Positions 54,121-64,000 of a stretch of 64,000 nucleotides of DNA are shown piece after piece. Origin of the DNA: an uncultured Gemmatimonas sp. (GTDB taxonomy: Bacteria; Gemmatimonadota; Gemmatimonadetes; Gemmatimonadales; GWC2-71-9); NCBI GenBank assembly GCA_964535105.1, contig CAZHSO010000003.1, forward strand, positions 14,173 to 78,172, read 5' to 3'. Every line of letters starts with the position of its first letter. Position 1 is the stretch's first letter. Under the pieces are notes generated by a model, which saw only the letters and a program-made list of their open reading frames with translations, did not search any database and was not told the origin of the DNA. The position numbers were made by a program, and so were the translations under genes.

Positions 54121-55194
54121 ATGGATCTCGACACGCTCATCGCCGACCTCGCCGCGGGCCGGACTGCCGCGTTGGCGCGCGCGATTTCCGTCGTGGAAAA
54201 CGGGCGGCCGGGCTTCGAGCAGCTCCTCGCCGCGGTGCATCCGCGCCTCGGCCAGGCGCACCGGGTCGGCATCACCGGCCCGCCCGGCGCGGGGAAGTCG
54301 ACCCTCACCCGGCAGCTGGTCCAGGCCTGGCGCGAGCGGGGATACACCGTGGCCGTCGTGGCCGTCGATCCCACCAGCCCCTTCTCGGGAGGCGCGCTGC
54401 TCGGCGACCGGATCCGCATGGAATCGGTCGCGATGGATCGCGGCGTTTATATCCGGTCGATGGCGACGCGAGGCTCGCTCGGCGGTCTCGCCACCACCAC
54501 CCGCGAGGTATGCGACGTCCTCGATGCGGGGGGATTTCAGCGCATCCTGATCGAGACCGTGGGCGTGGGGCAATCGGAGCTCGCGGTCACCGGAATGGCC
54601 GATTCCACCGTGCTTCTGTTGGTCCCCGAATCGGGCGACGCCATTCAGACCCTCAAGTCGGGTGTGATGGAAGCGGCGGACCTGTACGTCGTCAACAAGG
54701 CGGACCGCCCCGGCGCGGACCAGCTCGCGCGCGAGATCGAGGTGACCCTCGGCATCCGAATGGGCAATGCGTTCCGGGGGATGAAGGTGCACCACGGTGT
54801 GGACCCGCAGGGCGCGGCGCACGGGAAGGAGGCAAGGAGGCAAGGAGGAAAAGAGGCATCGGGGCAAGACCCCGTTGCCGCTCCGGCCTGGGAGCATCCG
54901 GTGCTCCTTACCTCCGCGGTGAAGGGCGAAGGCACCGAGGCGCTGGTCGAGGCGCTCGAGCAGCACTACCGCTGGATGCAGGAGACCGGCGAGCTCGCCG
55001 CGCGCCGGACCAAGCGGCTCGCCGCGCGCACGCGCGAAGTGGTGGACCGGTCGGTCCATTGGTGGATCTGGCAGGAGACCCGCGCCGAGGAGCTCCTGCG
55101 CGAGCGCCTCGACGACCTCGCTGCCGGGCGAATCAGTCCCTACGAGCTCGCATCTGACATCGTGGCCGGTTTGAAGGAAGGAGCGCGGGTATGA
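54121..55194 (+). CDS. meaB: Methylmalonyl-CoA mutase-associated G-protein chaperone MeaB/ArgK
   Basis: Walker [10 protein letters not shown] and G4 motif NKAD, followed directly by the mutase gene. It contains an in-frame repeat-derived insertion between G4 and the TSA (G5) motif. Confidence 0.9.
   Translation: MDLDTLIADLAAGRTAALARAISVVENGRPGFEQLLAAVHPRLGQAHRVGITGPPGAGKSTLTRQLVQAWRERGYTVAVVAVDPTSPFSGGALLGDRIRMESVAMDRGVYIRSMATRGSLGGLATTTREVCDVLDAGGFQRILIETVGVGQSELAVTGMADSTVLLLVPESGDAIQTLKSGVMEAADLYVVNKADRPGADQLAREIEVTLGIRMGNAFRGMKVHHGVDPQGAAHGKEARRQGGKEASGQDPVAAPAWEHPVLLTSAVKGEGTEALVEALEQHYRWMQETGELAARRTKRLAARTREVVDRSVHWWIWQETRAEELLRERLDDLAAGRISPYELASDIVAGLKEGARV
54823..54885 (+). repeat. 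AGGCAAGG-family repeat element embedded in frame inside meaB
   Basis: gggaagg aggcaagg aggcaagg aggaaaag aggcatcg gggcaagaccccgttgccgctcc. The units are those of 17290-17348, and its agaccccgttgcc matches the agaacccgttgcc loop flank there in 12 of 13 positions. The second arm is degenerate. Confidence 0.8.
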
Positions 55195-56858
55195 GTGCAC
55201 GCGACGCGGAGCTCGAGCGGCTGCGGGCCGAGGTGGCGGCGTGGCGGGCAGCATACGGAAAGTTGCCGCTGCGCCGGGACGTCGAATTCAGCAGCGTCTC
55301 CGGGCGCCCGGTCGAGCCGGTGTACACCCCAATCGACCTCGCAGGCACGCTCGGGGATCCCGGCGAGCTGCCGGGAATCTGGCCCTTCACGCGTGGGATT
55401 CATCCCACGATGTTCCGCGGAAAATTGTGGACGATGCGGCAGTTCGCCGGCTTCGGCACGGCGGAGGACACCAATCGGCGCTACAAGTTTCTGCTGGAGC
55501 GCGGGCAGACGGGCTTGTCCGTGGCGTTCGATTTCCCCACGCTGATGGGATACGACTCCGACCATCCGCGCTCCGAGGGCGAGGTGGGCAAGTGCGGCGT
55601 CGCGATTTCCAGCCTGGCCGACATGGAGACGCTCTTCGACGGGATTCCGCTCGACCGTGTCTCCACCTCCATGACGATCAACGGTCCCGCGGCGATCCTG
55701 TTCTGTTTTTACGTGGCGGCGGCCGAGCGGCAGGGGGTGGATATCCGGAAGCTTCAGGGGACGGTGCAGAACGATATCCTCAAGGAGTACATGGCGCAGC
55801 ACGCGTGGGTCTATCCGCCAGAGCCCGCGCTCAAGATCATCGTGGACATGTTCGAGTGGGCGGCGGAGCACACTCCGCAGTGGAACACGATTTCGATCTC
55901 CGGGTATCACATCCGTGAGGCGGGAGCCACCGCGACCCAGGAGCTGGCGTTCACGCTCGCCAACGGCTTTACCTACATCGAGCGCGGCGTCGCGCGCGGC
56001 CTGGCGGTCGACACCTTTGCGCCGCGCCTCTCGTTCTTCTGGGACGTGCATAACGATTTCTTCGAGGAGATCGCCAAGATGCGCGCCGCCCGCAGGATCT
56101 GGGCGCGCCATCTCCGCGAGCGCTACGGGGCGCGGGACGAGCGCAGCTGGAAAATGCGGTTCCACTGCCAGACCGCCGGGGTCACCCTCACCGCCCAGCA
56201 GCCGATGAACAACATCGTCCGGGTCGCGTACCAGGCGCTGGCGGCCGTGCTGGGGGGAACCCAGTCGCTGCACACCAACGCGCTCGACGAGACGCTTGCC
56301 CTCCCCACCGAGGAATCGGTGCGCATCGCGCTTCGCACGCAGCAGATCCTGGCCGCGGAAACCGGCGTCCCCAACACCGCCGATCCGCTGGGCGGATCCT
56401 ATTACGTCGAAGCGCTCACCGACCAGATGGAGCGCGAGGCCGAAGCGCTCTTCGCGGACATCGAGGCGCAGGGGGGCGTTGTCCCCGCGATCGAGTCGGG
56501 GTGGTTCCAGCGCCAGATCGCCCAGAGTGCCGCGCGCTTCCAGTCGGAGCTCGAGAGCGGGCGGCGCGTCATCGTCGGCGTGAACGATTTCGTCGAAGAG
56601 GAGACTGCCCCGCCGGAGATCCTCCGCATCGGCGATGACGCCGACCGGGTACAGCGCGGCCGCATGGCGCGACTCCGCGCCGAACGGGACGGAACCCGGG
56701 TGGAAGCGGCCCTCGCCGTGCTCCACGCGGCCGCCGTTGCCGACCGCAATGTGATTCCCGGGATGATGGATTGCGCCCGCGCCTTTTGCACCCTGTTCGA
56801 GATTCGCGAGGTGCTCGAGCGGGTGTACGGCGCCTACCGCGAGCCGGTCTTTTTCTAG
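55191..56858 (+). CDS. Methylmalonyl-CoA mutase family, large (substrate-binding TIM barrel) subunit
   Basis: [59 protein letters not shown] is typical of split acyl-CoA mutases. ATGA overlap with meaB. Confidence 0.9.
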   Translation: MSARDAELERLRAEVAAWRAAYGKLPLRRDVEFSSVSGRPVEPVYTPIDLAGTLGDPGELPGIWPFTRGIHPTMFRGKLWTMRQFAGFGTAEDTNRRYKFLLERGQTGLSVAFDFPTLMGYDSDHPRSEGEVGKCGVAISSLADMETLFDGIPLDRVSTSMTINGPAAILFCFYVAAAERQGVDIRKLQGTVQNDILKEYMAQHAWVYPPEPALKIIVDMFEWAAEHTPQWNTISISGYHIREAGATATQELAFTLANGFTYIERGVARGLAVDTFAPRLSFFWDVHNDFFEEIAKMRAARRIWARHLRERYGARDERSWKMRFHCQTAGVTLTAQQPMNNIVRVAYQALAAVLGGTQSLHTNALDETLALPTEESVRIALRTQQILAAETGVPNTADPLGGSYYVEALTDQMEREAEALFADIEAQGGVVPAIESGWFQRQIAQSAARFQSELESGRRVIVGVNDFVEEETAPPEILRIGDDADRVQRGRMARLRAERDGTRVEAALAVLHAAAVADRNVIPGMMDCARAFCTLFEIREVLERVYGAYREPVFF

Positions 56859-56867
56859 GAGCGGCCG

Positions 56868-58031
56868 ATGGCATCGCGTGCGCTGACCGAGATCCGGCGC
56901 CAGCTCCAGCGGCTGGTGCGGCTGCCTGCGGGCAAACACTGGATCGTGAGCTGTTACCTCAAGCTGGAGCCGCGCGATCGCTCGCGGGGGAAGTACCTGA
57001 TCAAGCTCAAGAATCGCGTCCGCGAGGTGATCGAGGCGCTTCCCGCGGAAGGCCTCGACCGCCAGGAGACAGAGCAGGTGATCGGTGATCTGCACAAGCT
57101 TCAGGTGATGCTGCAGCGGCCTGACGCGCTGCCGCCGACGCAGGGGCTGGCCGTCTTCGTCTCCAAACCACTCGGCCTCTTCGAGATCATTCCGCTCCCG
57201 CGGGTGCATCGCTCCCGTCTGCTGGTGGACCGGACAGCGCTGGTGCGGGAGCTCGCCGCGCTCGAGGATGAAGTGGGCCGTCTCCTGCTCGCGGAAGTGG
57301 ACAAGAGCGGGGCGACGATTTACGAAGTCACGGCGTTCGAAGCGAAGAAAATCGCCGACATCGAAGCCACCGCCCGGAAAGGCGGCCGCTTCCACAGCGA
57401 CCGGCACGAGGCGCCAGGCAAAGGGGAGCACGGGTTCCATAACCGGCTCCGGCATGAGCGGGACCAGCTCTTCGACGCCGTCGCCGCGCGGCTCTTCGAC
57501 CTGGACCGCCGGGAGCCCGTCCGGGGGATCGTGCTCGCCTCGGCGGGCAACGAGGCCGATTCGCTCCGGATGTTTCTCCACCCGTACATCGCCGGCAAGG
57601 TCGTCGGCACCGCGCGGATGGCGCGACGGAAGGCGTCGATCGCCGATGTGCACGCGACCGCGCTCGAAGTCCGGGAGACGTTCGAGCGGAAGCTGGAGCG
57701 GCACCTGGTCGCCGAAATGCTCCTGGGGCAGGGCTCCGGCTGGGCCGTGAATGGCATCGGGGCCACGCTCGATGCGCTCGCCAAGGGGCAGGTGCGCACG
57801 CTGCTCGTGCGCGCCGATGCGAGCGTGCCGGGCTTCCGCTGCGGTGCGACCGGGAAGCTCACGCTCAATGCCCGGGATTGCCGGAGCCTCGGAGAGGCAA
57901 TCCCGGTTCCCGATGTGATCGATGATTCGATAGAGGAAGCGCTGCGCCAGCGGATCGACCTCGACGTGGTCTTCGAGCCCGATGCGGCGGAGACGATCAA
58001 CGGCGTGGCGGCGTTGCTCCGGTTTAGATAG
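56868..58031 (+). CDS. Bacterial eRF1/Pelota-superfamily (baeRF-like) protein
   Basis: 387 aa. N-terminal [10 protein letters not shown] block. The central segment [12 protein letters not shown]...[16 protein letters not shown] aligns by eye with the eRF1 segment [25 protein letters not shown], giving GGR in place of GGQ. The C-terminus [10 protein letters not shown] is like eRF1 domain 3. GGAG sits 7 nt upstream of the ATG. Confidence 0.7.
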   Translation: MASRALTEIRRQLQRLVRLPAGKHWIVSCYLKLEPRDRSRGKYLIKLKNRVREVIEALPAEGLDRQETEQVIGDLHKLQVMLQRPDALPPTQGLAVFVSKPLGLFEIIPLPRVHRSRLLVDRTALVRELAALEDEVGRLLLAEVDKSGATIYEVTAFEAKKIADIEATARKGGRFHSDRHEAPGKGEHGFHNRLRHERDQLFDAVAARLFDLDRREPVRGIVLASAGNEADSLRMFLHPYIAGKVVGTARMARRKASIADVHATALEVRETFERKLERHLVAEMLLGQGSGWAVNGIGATLDALAKGQVRTLLVRADASVPGFRCGATGKLTLNARDCRSLGEAIPVPDVIDDSIEEALRQRIDLDVVFEPDAAETINGVAALLRFR

Positions 58032-58094
58032 CGAAGAGCGAAGAGCGAAGTGCGAAGAGGTGGTTCCGCTTCGCTCCTCGCTCTTCGCTCCTCC
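58030..58094 (+). repeat. Stacked tandem-heptamer hairpin (AGCGAAG x4 / CGCTYCT-type x4)
   Basis: agcgaag agcgaag agcgaag tgcgaag agg - tggttc - cgcttcg ctcctcg ctcttcg ctcctcc. It overlaps the TAG stop of the eRF1-like gene. The unit is the same as in hairpin 17758-17816. Confidence 0.9.
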
Positions 58095-58110
58095 CTGCGG
58101 AAGGAGATCT

Positions 58111-58519
58111 GTGGCGGCACCTCGAACCCGACCGATCAGGATCCTCGTCGCCAAGCCCGGCCTCGATGGCCACGACCGTGGCGCCAAGGTGGTCGCGGCG
58201 GCCCTGCGGGACGCGGGGATGGAAGTCATCTATACCGGGCTGCATCAGACCCCGGAGATGATCGCGACCGCGGCAGTCCAGGAGGACGTGGACGTCGTGG
58301 GTCTCTCGATCCTGAGCGGCGCGCACATGACGCTCTTTCCCCGGGTCCGCCAGCTTCTCGACGAGATGGGCCGCACGGACGTCCTCCTTACCGGCGGCGG
58401 CATCATTCCCCGCGGGGACATCGAGGCCCTGCAGCAGCGCGGGGTGGGCCGCCTCTTCGGGCCGGGCACTCCCACCACGGAGCTCATTCGGTACATCAAC
58501 ACCTGGGCGGCCGCGCATC

Positions 58520-58530
<11 letters not shown>
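58111..58530 (+). CDS. Methylmalonyl-CoA mutase family, small B12-binding subunit
   Basis: B12-binding DxHxxG motif ([10 protein letters not shown]). GTG at 58111 is preceded by GGAAGGAG. The track ORF extension upstream runs through the hairpin and was rejected. Confidence 0.88.
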
Positions 58531-60146
<1,616 letters not shown>

Positions 60147-60166
<20 letters not shown>

Positions 60167-63023
60167 GAGACGGCGCGCCTGGCGAGCGCTCGCGGCACTC
60201 GCCACCCTCGCGGCCTGCGCGACGACGAAGACGGCTGGCCCGGGCGGCCCTACGCCACAACCGGTGCGCGCCGCGGTCGTCGTGGCGGATAGCCCGCCCG
60301 CCACCCCACCCGCACCGACGCGGAATCCTCCTCCCATTCTGCGTCGCCCGATCGTTCCGGCGGCGGTCGCGCATGCCCGGGGATGGATGCCTCGGGAAGC
60401 GACCGGAACTTCCGCCTTCCTCGCCGCGCACCCTCTCTGGGACGGTCGCGGCGTGCTGCTCGGCATACTCGACAGCGGCCTGGATCCCGGCGTCGCGGGC
60501 TTCGACACCACCACGACGGGCCGGGCCAAGGTGCTCGACCTCCGGGATTTCTCGGGTGAAGGAAGAATTCCGCTGACGGTGGCGGTGCTTCGCGGTGACA
60601 CGCTCCTCGTGGCGGGCCGTCGCCTCACCGGGGTGAGCCGGGTGCGCGGCATCGTCGGTGGCGGCTCGCTCTTCGCCGGGGTGTTTCGCGAGAGGCCGCT
60701 CGGCGAGGCGCCGGCTTCCGATGTCAACGACAACGCGACCGACTCCGATTCGCTGGCGCTCCTGGTCGGGAAGGCGAGCGACGGCTGGGTGCTCTTTGCC
60801 GATACCGACGGCGACGGCTCTCTCGCCAACGAGCGTCCCGTGCATGACTACCTCGACGGCCGGGAGACCTTCGGCTGGCATCGCGGTGGCGAGCCGCCGC
60901 CGCTCACGGTCGCGGTCAACTTCACCGAAGGTCCCTCGGCCCCGCAGCTCGATCTCTCCTTCGATACCAGCGGCCACGGGACCCACGTCGCGGGGATCGC
61001 GGCGGCGCGCGGAATCGGAGGGGTGACGGGATTCGATGGCGCCGCCCCCGGGGCGCAGCTCCTGGGACTCAAGATCGCCCGCAACGACTTCGGCGGCATC
61101 ACCACCACGGGCAGTGTGCTCGCGGCGATGGATTACGCCATCCGGTTTGCCGCGGCCCGGGGCATGCCGGTCGTGTTGAACATGAGCTTCGGCGTCGGGA
61201 ATGCGAGGGAAGGCGCCGCCCGGATCGATCAGCTCATCGACTCGGTGCTCACCGCCCATCCCGAGGTGATATTCGTGACGTCCGCGGGGAACGACGGCCC
61301 CGGAATGTCGACAATGGGGTTTCCGGGCTCCTCCCTCCGCGCGATTACGGTCGGCGCCACCGAGCCGGCGGCGCTGTCGGATGCGATGATTCTCACCGGT
61401 CGCGCGGGTCCCGACCTGCTGATGTTCTTCAGCTCGCGCGGCGGCGAGCTTGCCAAGCCGGACCTGGTCGTCCCCGGCATCGCCTATTCGACGGTGCCGC
61501 GCTGGGACACCGGCGAGGAGATCAAGGCGGGAACGAGCATGGCATCGCCCCATGTCGCTGGCATCGCCGCCGTGCTCGCGTCGGGGGCGCTCGCAGAGCG
61601 CAGGACAATCACCGCGGACGATATGCGGCGCGCGCTCACCGGCAGCGGGCGCTCCGTGACCGGGGGGACGCTGATCGATGCCGGTGCCGGCGTGCCGGAG
61701 GTTTCGAAGGCCTGGTCGATTCTTCGTAGCCCGGCGCCCCCCGCCGAGTTCGACGTCGAGGCGGTCGAATCTCCCGGCTCGACGGCGGCATTCCGCATCG
61801 CCCCGGCGCCCGCGGACACCGTGGTGCGTTTCCGCATTACGCGGCGTCGTGGAACGGGGCCGGTCGACGTTGCGCTCGCGAGCGACGCCGACTGGCTTAT
61901 CGCGCCGAAACGAATCCGGCTCGACGGTCCCATAACCGAGCTCACTCTGATCCAGCGGCCGCCGACAAAGCCCGGAGAGCATGTGGGCGGCGTGCGCGCC
62001 ACGGCAGCCGGTGTTGCGGGACCTCTCTTCACGCTGGTGAGCACCGTGGTGGTACCCGAGTCGGGCCGGGTCGCACCGGTGCGGGTGACCGAGCGACTCC
62101 CCCTGGGAGCGGCGCGCCGGGTCACCTTTCCCTCCGACTCCGGGCGGCCGTTTCAGGTTCGAATCGCCACCACTTCACCCAAAGAGCGGCTGATTGCGGC
62201 CCTGTACCTTCCCGGCGGAGAGCCGATTCCGGGAGACAATGGTGTCCCGGGCGGTCCCGACACCGCGGCCGCGGTGTTCGACATCGACGGGCGCGACGCA
62301 CGAGACGGATGGTATGAAGCGGTGGCGGTCACGACCTCAAGAGGCCCCGTTACCGCGGAGCTCACGGTCGAGTATGCGCCAGTTGCGCTCTCCGTCACCC
62401 GCCCATCGAGCGATTCGATGACGACGACGCTGCGCGCCCTGACCGATTCCGCAGTGAGCGGGCGGCTCCGCGTCGGTCTGATCGGCGGGGAGGGGCGCCT
62501 GGTGATGACCGGGTCGGGAGGGCCGGATGTCTCGGTACCTGTCTCGCTGCCGACATGGGTCCGCCGCATCGTGATCGATCTCGAGCTCGATGCCGAGCTC
62601 TGGCCGCGATTCACCGATCTCGGCTTCACGTTGGTCGATTCCGAAGGGCGTATCCTGGGAAAGAACCCCGTCAATTATCCGAGCGCCCGGCTGACGATCG
62701 ATCTCCCCACGCAGACCGGTGACGAGACCGCGATGCTGGTGCTCTCCCCCGCGTTCGCCGAACCGGGCAGCGCTGAATCGTGGTCGGCTCGCATCACGAT
62801 CCGGGTCGAGGCCGAAGGGGCGCTCAACCTCGGCACGGCTGAGGGCGAAGAGTTTTCGCTGCGGCCGATGGAAACCAGAACATTCCGCAGCCGGGTTGGC
62901 GAGCTTCCCTGGCAGCTTCCCGAGGGTTTCGCGCCGCTCGGTTTATTCCTCCTCGAGAGCGCCGGCACCATCTGGTCATGGGAGCGTGCCCTCGAGCGCC
63001 CGATGCCGGGTGTGAAGCGGTGA
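60147..63023 (+). CDS. Large S8 (subtilisin-like) serine peptidase lipoprotein
   Basis: Lipobox LATLAAC. Catalytic triad motifs GILDSGLD (Asp), HGTHVAGIAAA (His) and GTSMASPHVAGIAA (Ser). Long C-terminal beta-rich extension. Its start overlaps the preceding gene by 20 nt. Confidence 0.88.
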
Positions 63024-63643
63024 CCCGGCCGCGGCTCGAATCGTACACGCGGGACGGAGGGCTCTTCCTGACCCTGCGCGTCGGATTCGGGCCGCTCGAC
63101 GCCGGGTTTCTCGACGAGGTCGATTGGGCGCTCCAGCACGCCGACCTCGACTCCACCGTCGCATGCGTAGTACTCCGGATCGTCCAGCCTCCCGGTGCCT
63201 CGAACCCCCGCGCGCCGGATCACTTCCCCGGTGACGTGATCGCCGACCGCCGGCGTCTCGATGCATCCATCCGCGCGGCGCGACGGATTCCCAAGCTCCT
63301 GGTTCTGCTGCTTGACGGAACCCTCGCGGGGGAAAGCATCGGGCTGCTGGCCCTCGCCGACGTCGTGCTGGCGACGACCGAGAGCGTCCTCCGGCCCGGC
63401 TCGGTTGCCGCGGCCCTGCTCGGAATGGTCCCCGTCCTCGAGCGGAGGAGCGATGGGGTCCGTCACGCCCTGGTCTGCATTCTCGAGGGAGGTGATCTCG
63501 ATGCCCATGCGGCGCGGCATCACGGACTGGTGACCGACGTGCTCCCCGCCGACCGGCTCGAGCCGGTTGTCGATGCGCTGCTTCGGGGCGTCGCGAGCGC
63601 GGGCCCGACGGGCGTCGCGCTACTCAAGGGTGCGGTGAAATGA
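63020..63643 (+). CDS. Divergent crotonase-fold (enoyl-CoA hydratase/isomerase-like) protein
   Basis: GTG in a GTGA overlap with the peptidase stop. The pattern VACVVLRI...KLLVLLLDGTLAGESIGLLALADVVLAT resembles a crotonase core, but the oxyanion-hole glycines look degenerate. Confidence 0.5.
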   Translation: MTRPRLESYTRDGGLFLTLRVGFGPLDAGFLDEVDWALQHADLDSTVACVVLRIVQPPGASNPRAPDHFPGDVIADRRRLDASIRAARRIPKLLVLLLDGTLAGESIGLLALADVVLATTESVLRPGSVAAALLGMVPVLERRSDGVRHALVCILEGGDLDAHAARHHGLVTDVLPADRLEPVVDALLRGVASAGPTGVALLKGAVK

Positions 63644-63690
63644 GGTGACGGCGGCAAGCCGCGCTGTTTCGGTTGCGCCTGGCACCGGTA

Positions 63691-64000
63691 TCACAATGCT
63701 GGGGCTGTGGAATCCACAGATTTCACAGATTGCACAGATGAAGAATCTGAATCGAGGGTGGGGCCCGCGAATCGTCTGTATTGAAGTGACGTGGTGCCGA
63801 AATTCAGAAGGAGTCCCCGACCGAGTCTGGTGGCGACGAGGTAGTTGATGACCTGGGCGTCGTCGACGGCGGTGAGTCGATTCGAGGCCTTCAACTCAAC
63901 GAGAACATCACCAAAACATATGAAATCAGCACGATATCGTACCGACAAAAGTGAACCCCGGTACTGAATTGGGATTTCGATCTCCCTCGCATGAAGAATT
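63691..64000 (-). CDS. GxxExxY-family (PD-(D/E)xK nuclease-fold, PDDEXK_3-like) protein, N-terminus outside window
   Basis: The minus-strand frame is open to nt 64000. It reads ILHAREIEIPIQYRGSLLSVRYRADFICFGDVLVELKASNRLTAVDDAQVINYLVATRLGRGLLLNFG, with D...ELK as the (D/E)xK motif. GC content is visibly lower than in neighbouring genes. The C-terminal ~25 aa are encoded by the 9-mer array. Confidence 0.75.
   Translation of the reverse strand, partial: ILHAREIEIPIQYRGSLLSVRYRADFICFGDVLVELKASNRLTAVDDAQVINYLVATRLGRGLLLNFGTTSLQYRRFAGPTLDSDSSSVQSVKSVDSTAPAL
63705..63745 (-). repeat. Tandem 9-mer array (TNCACAGAT x3 on + strand) with a short inverted unit
   Basis: ctgtgga-a-tccacagat ttcacagat tgcacagat. 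It lies within the 3' tail of the GxxExxY ORF, and the palindrome ctgtgga/tccacag forms the inner end. Confidence 0.75.

Noticed and set aside
55140-58229. 1029-aa ORF on the minus strand spanning the mutase large subunit and eRF1-like genes. Other very long antisense ORFs are similar: 58496-60829, 60045-61982, 27813-30164, 23627-25108, 25163-26554, 13983-15644, 369-1670, 5375-6814, 6720-8303, 9613-11097, 18097-19437, 20688-22088, 41232-42818 and 47918-48880.
   Set aside because: These are typical shadow ORFs of very GC-rich DNA, where stop codons are rare. Their translations are Arg/Pro/Gly/Asp-rich low-complexity sequences with no recognisable motifs. The opposite strand in each case encodes a protein with clear family motifs and the expected high third-position GC.
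63644-63690. A short hairpin (gcggc aa gccgc) followed by ctgtttc after the crotonase-like gene, considered as an intrinsic terminator.
   Set aside because: A 2-nt loop is sterically implausible, the stem is only 5 bp and the T run is short.

Overview
Very GC-rich, tightly packed bacterial chromosomal segment. The gene content and repeat style remind me of Gemmatimonadota-like genomes, but I could not verify this. Almost all of it is core housekeeping. The genes include: mrdA-rodA; accD-folC; hisS-proS-lysA-guaA; dus-larB-corA-GGDEF-dipeptidase; ssrA (tmRNA); and purE. One roughly 14 kb minus-strand block runs lexA / truA-htrA-purB-purC-psd-pssA-purS-purQ-(Zn-ribbon gene)-purL-purF-ppdK, and nearly every junction in it is a 1-10 nt start/stop overlap. 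Further on are aspS-phoH-ybeY-corC-corC-mgtE and a meaB / split methylmalonyl-CoA mutase / carboxyltransferase operon. I saw no CRISPR array, transposase, integrase, prophage, rRNA or tRNA gene. Five things stand out. (1) A family of hairpin elements whose arms are tandem arrays of 7-9 nt units. At least 11 copies or half-copies sit at gene 3' ends or operon junctions, bracket the tmRNA gene, and once lie in frame inside meaB. (2) An eRF1/Pelota-like gene with GGR in place of GGQ, wedged between the two subunits of the split B12 mutase. (3) A degenerate Zn-ribbon gene translationally coupled between purQ and purL. (4) A HEAT-repeat protein / HD-GYP / 8TM-GAF-MCP gene trio divergent from lexA. 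(5) A partial GxxExxY (PD-(D/E)xK) gene next to one of the repeat arrays. All calls rest on the supplied ORF track, motifs recognised by eye and manual base counting. No database search, alignment statistic or folding energy was computed.
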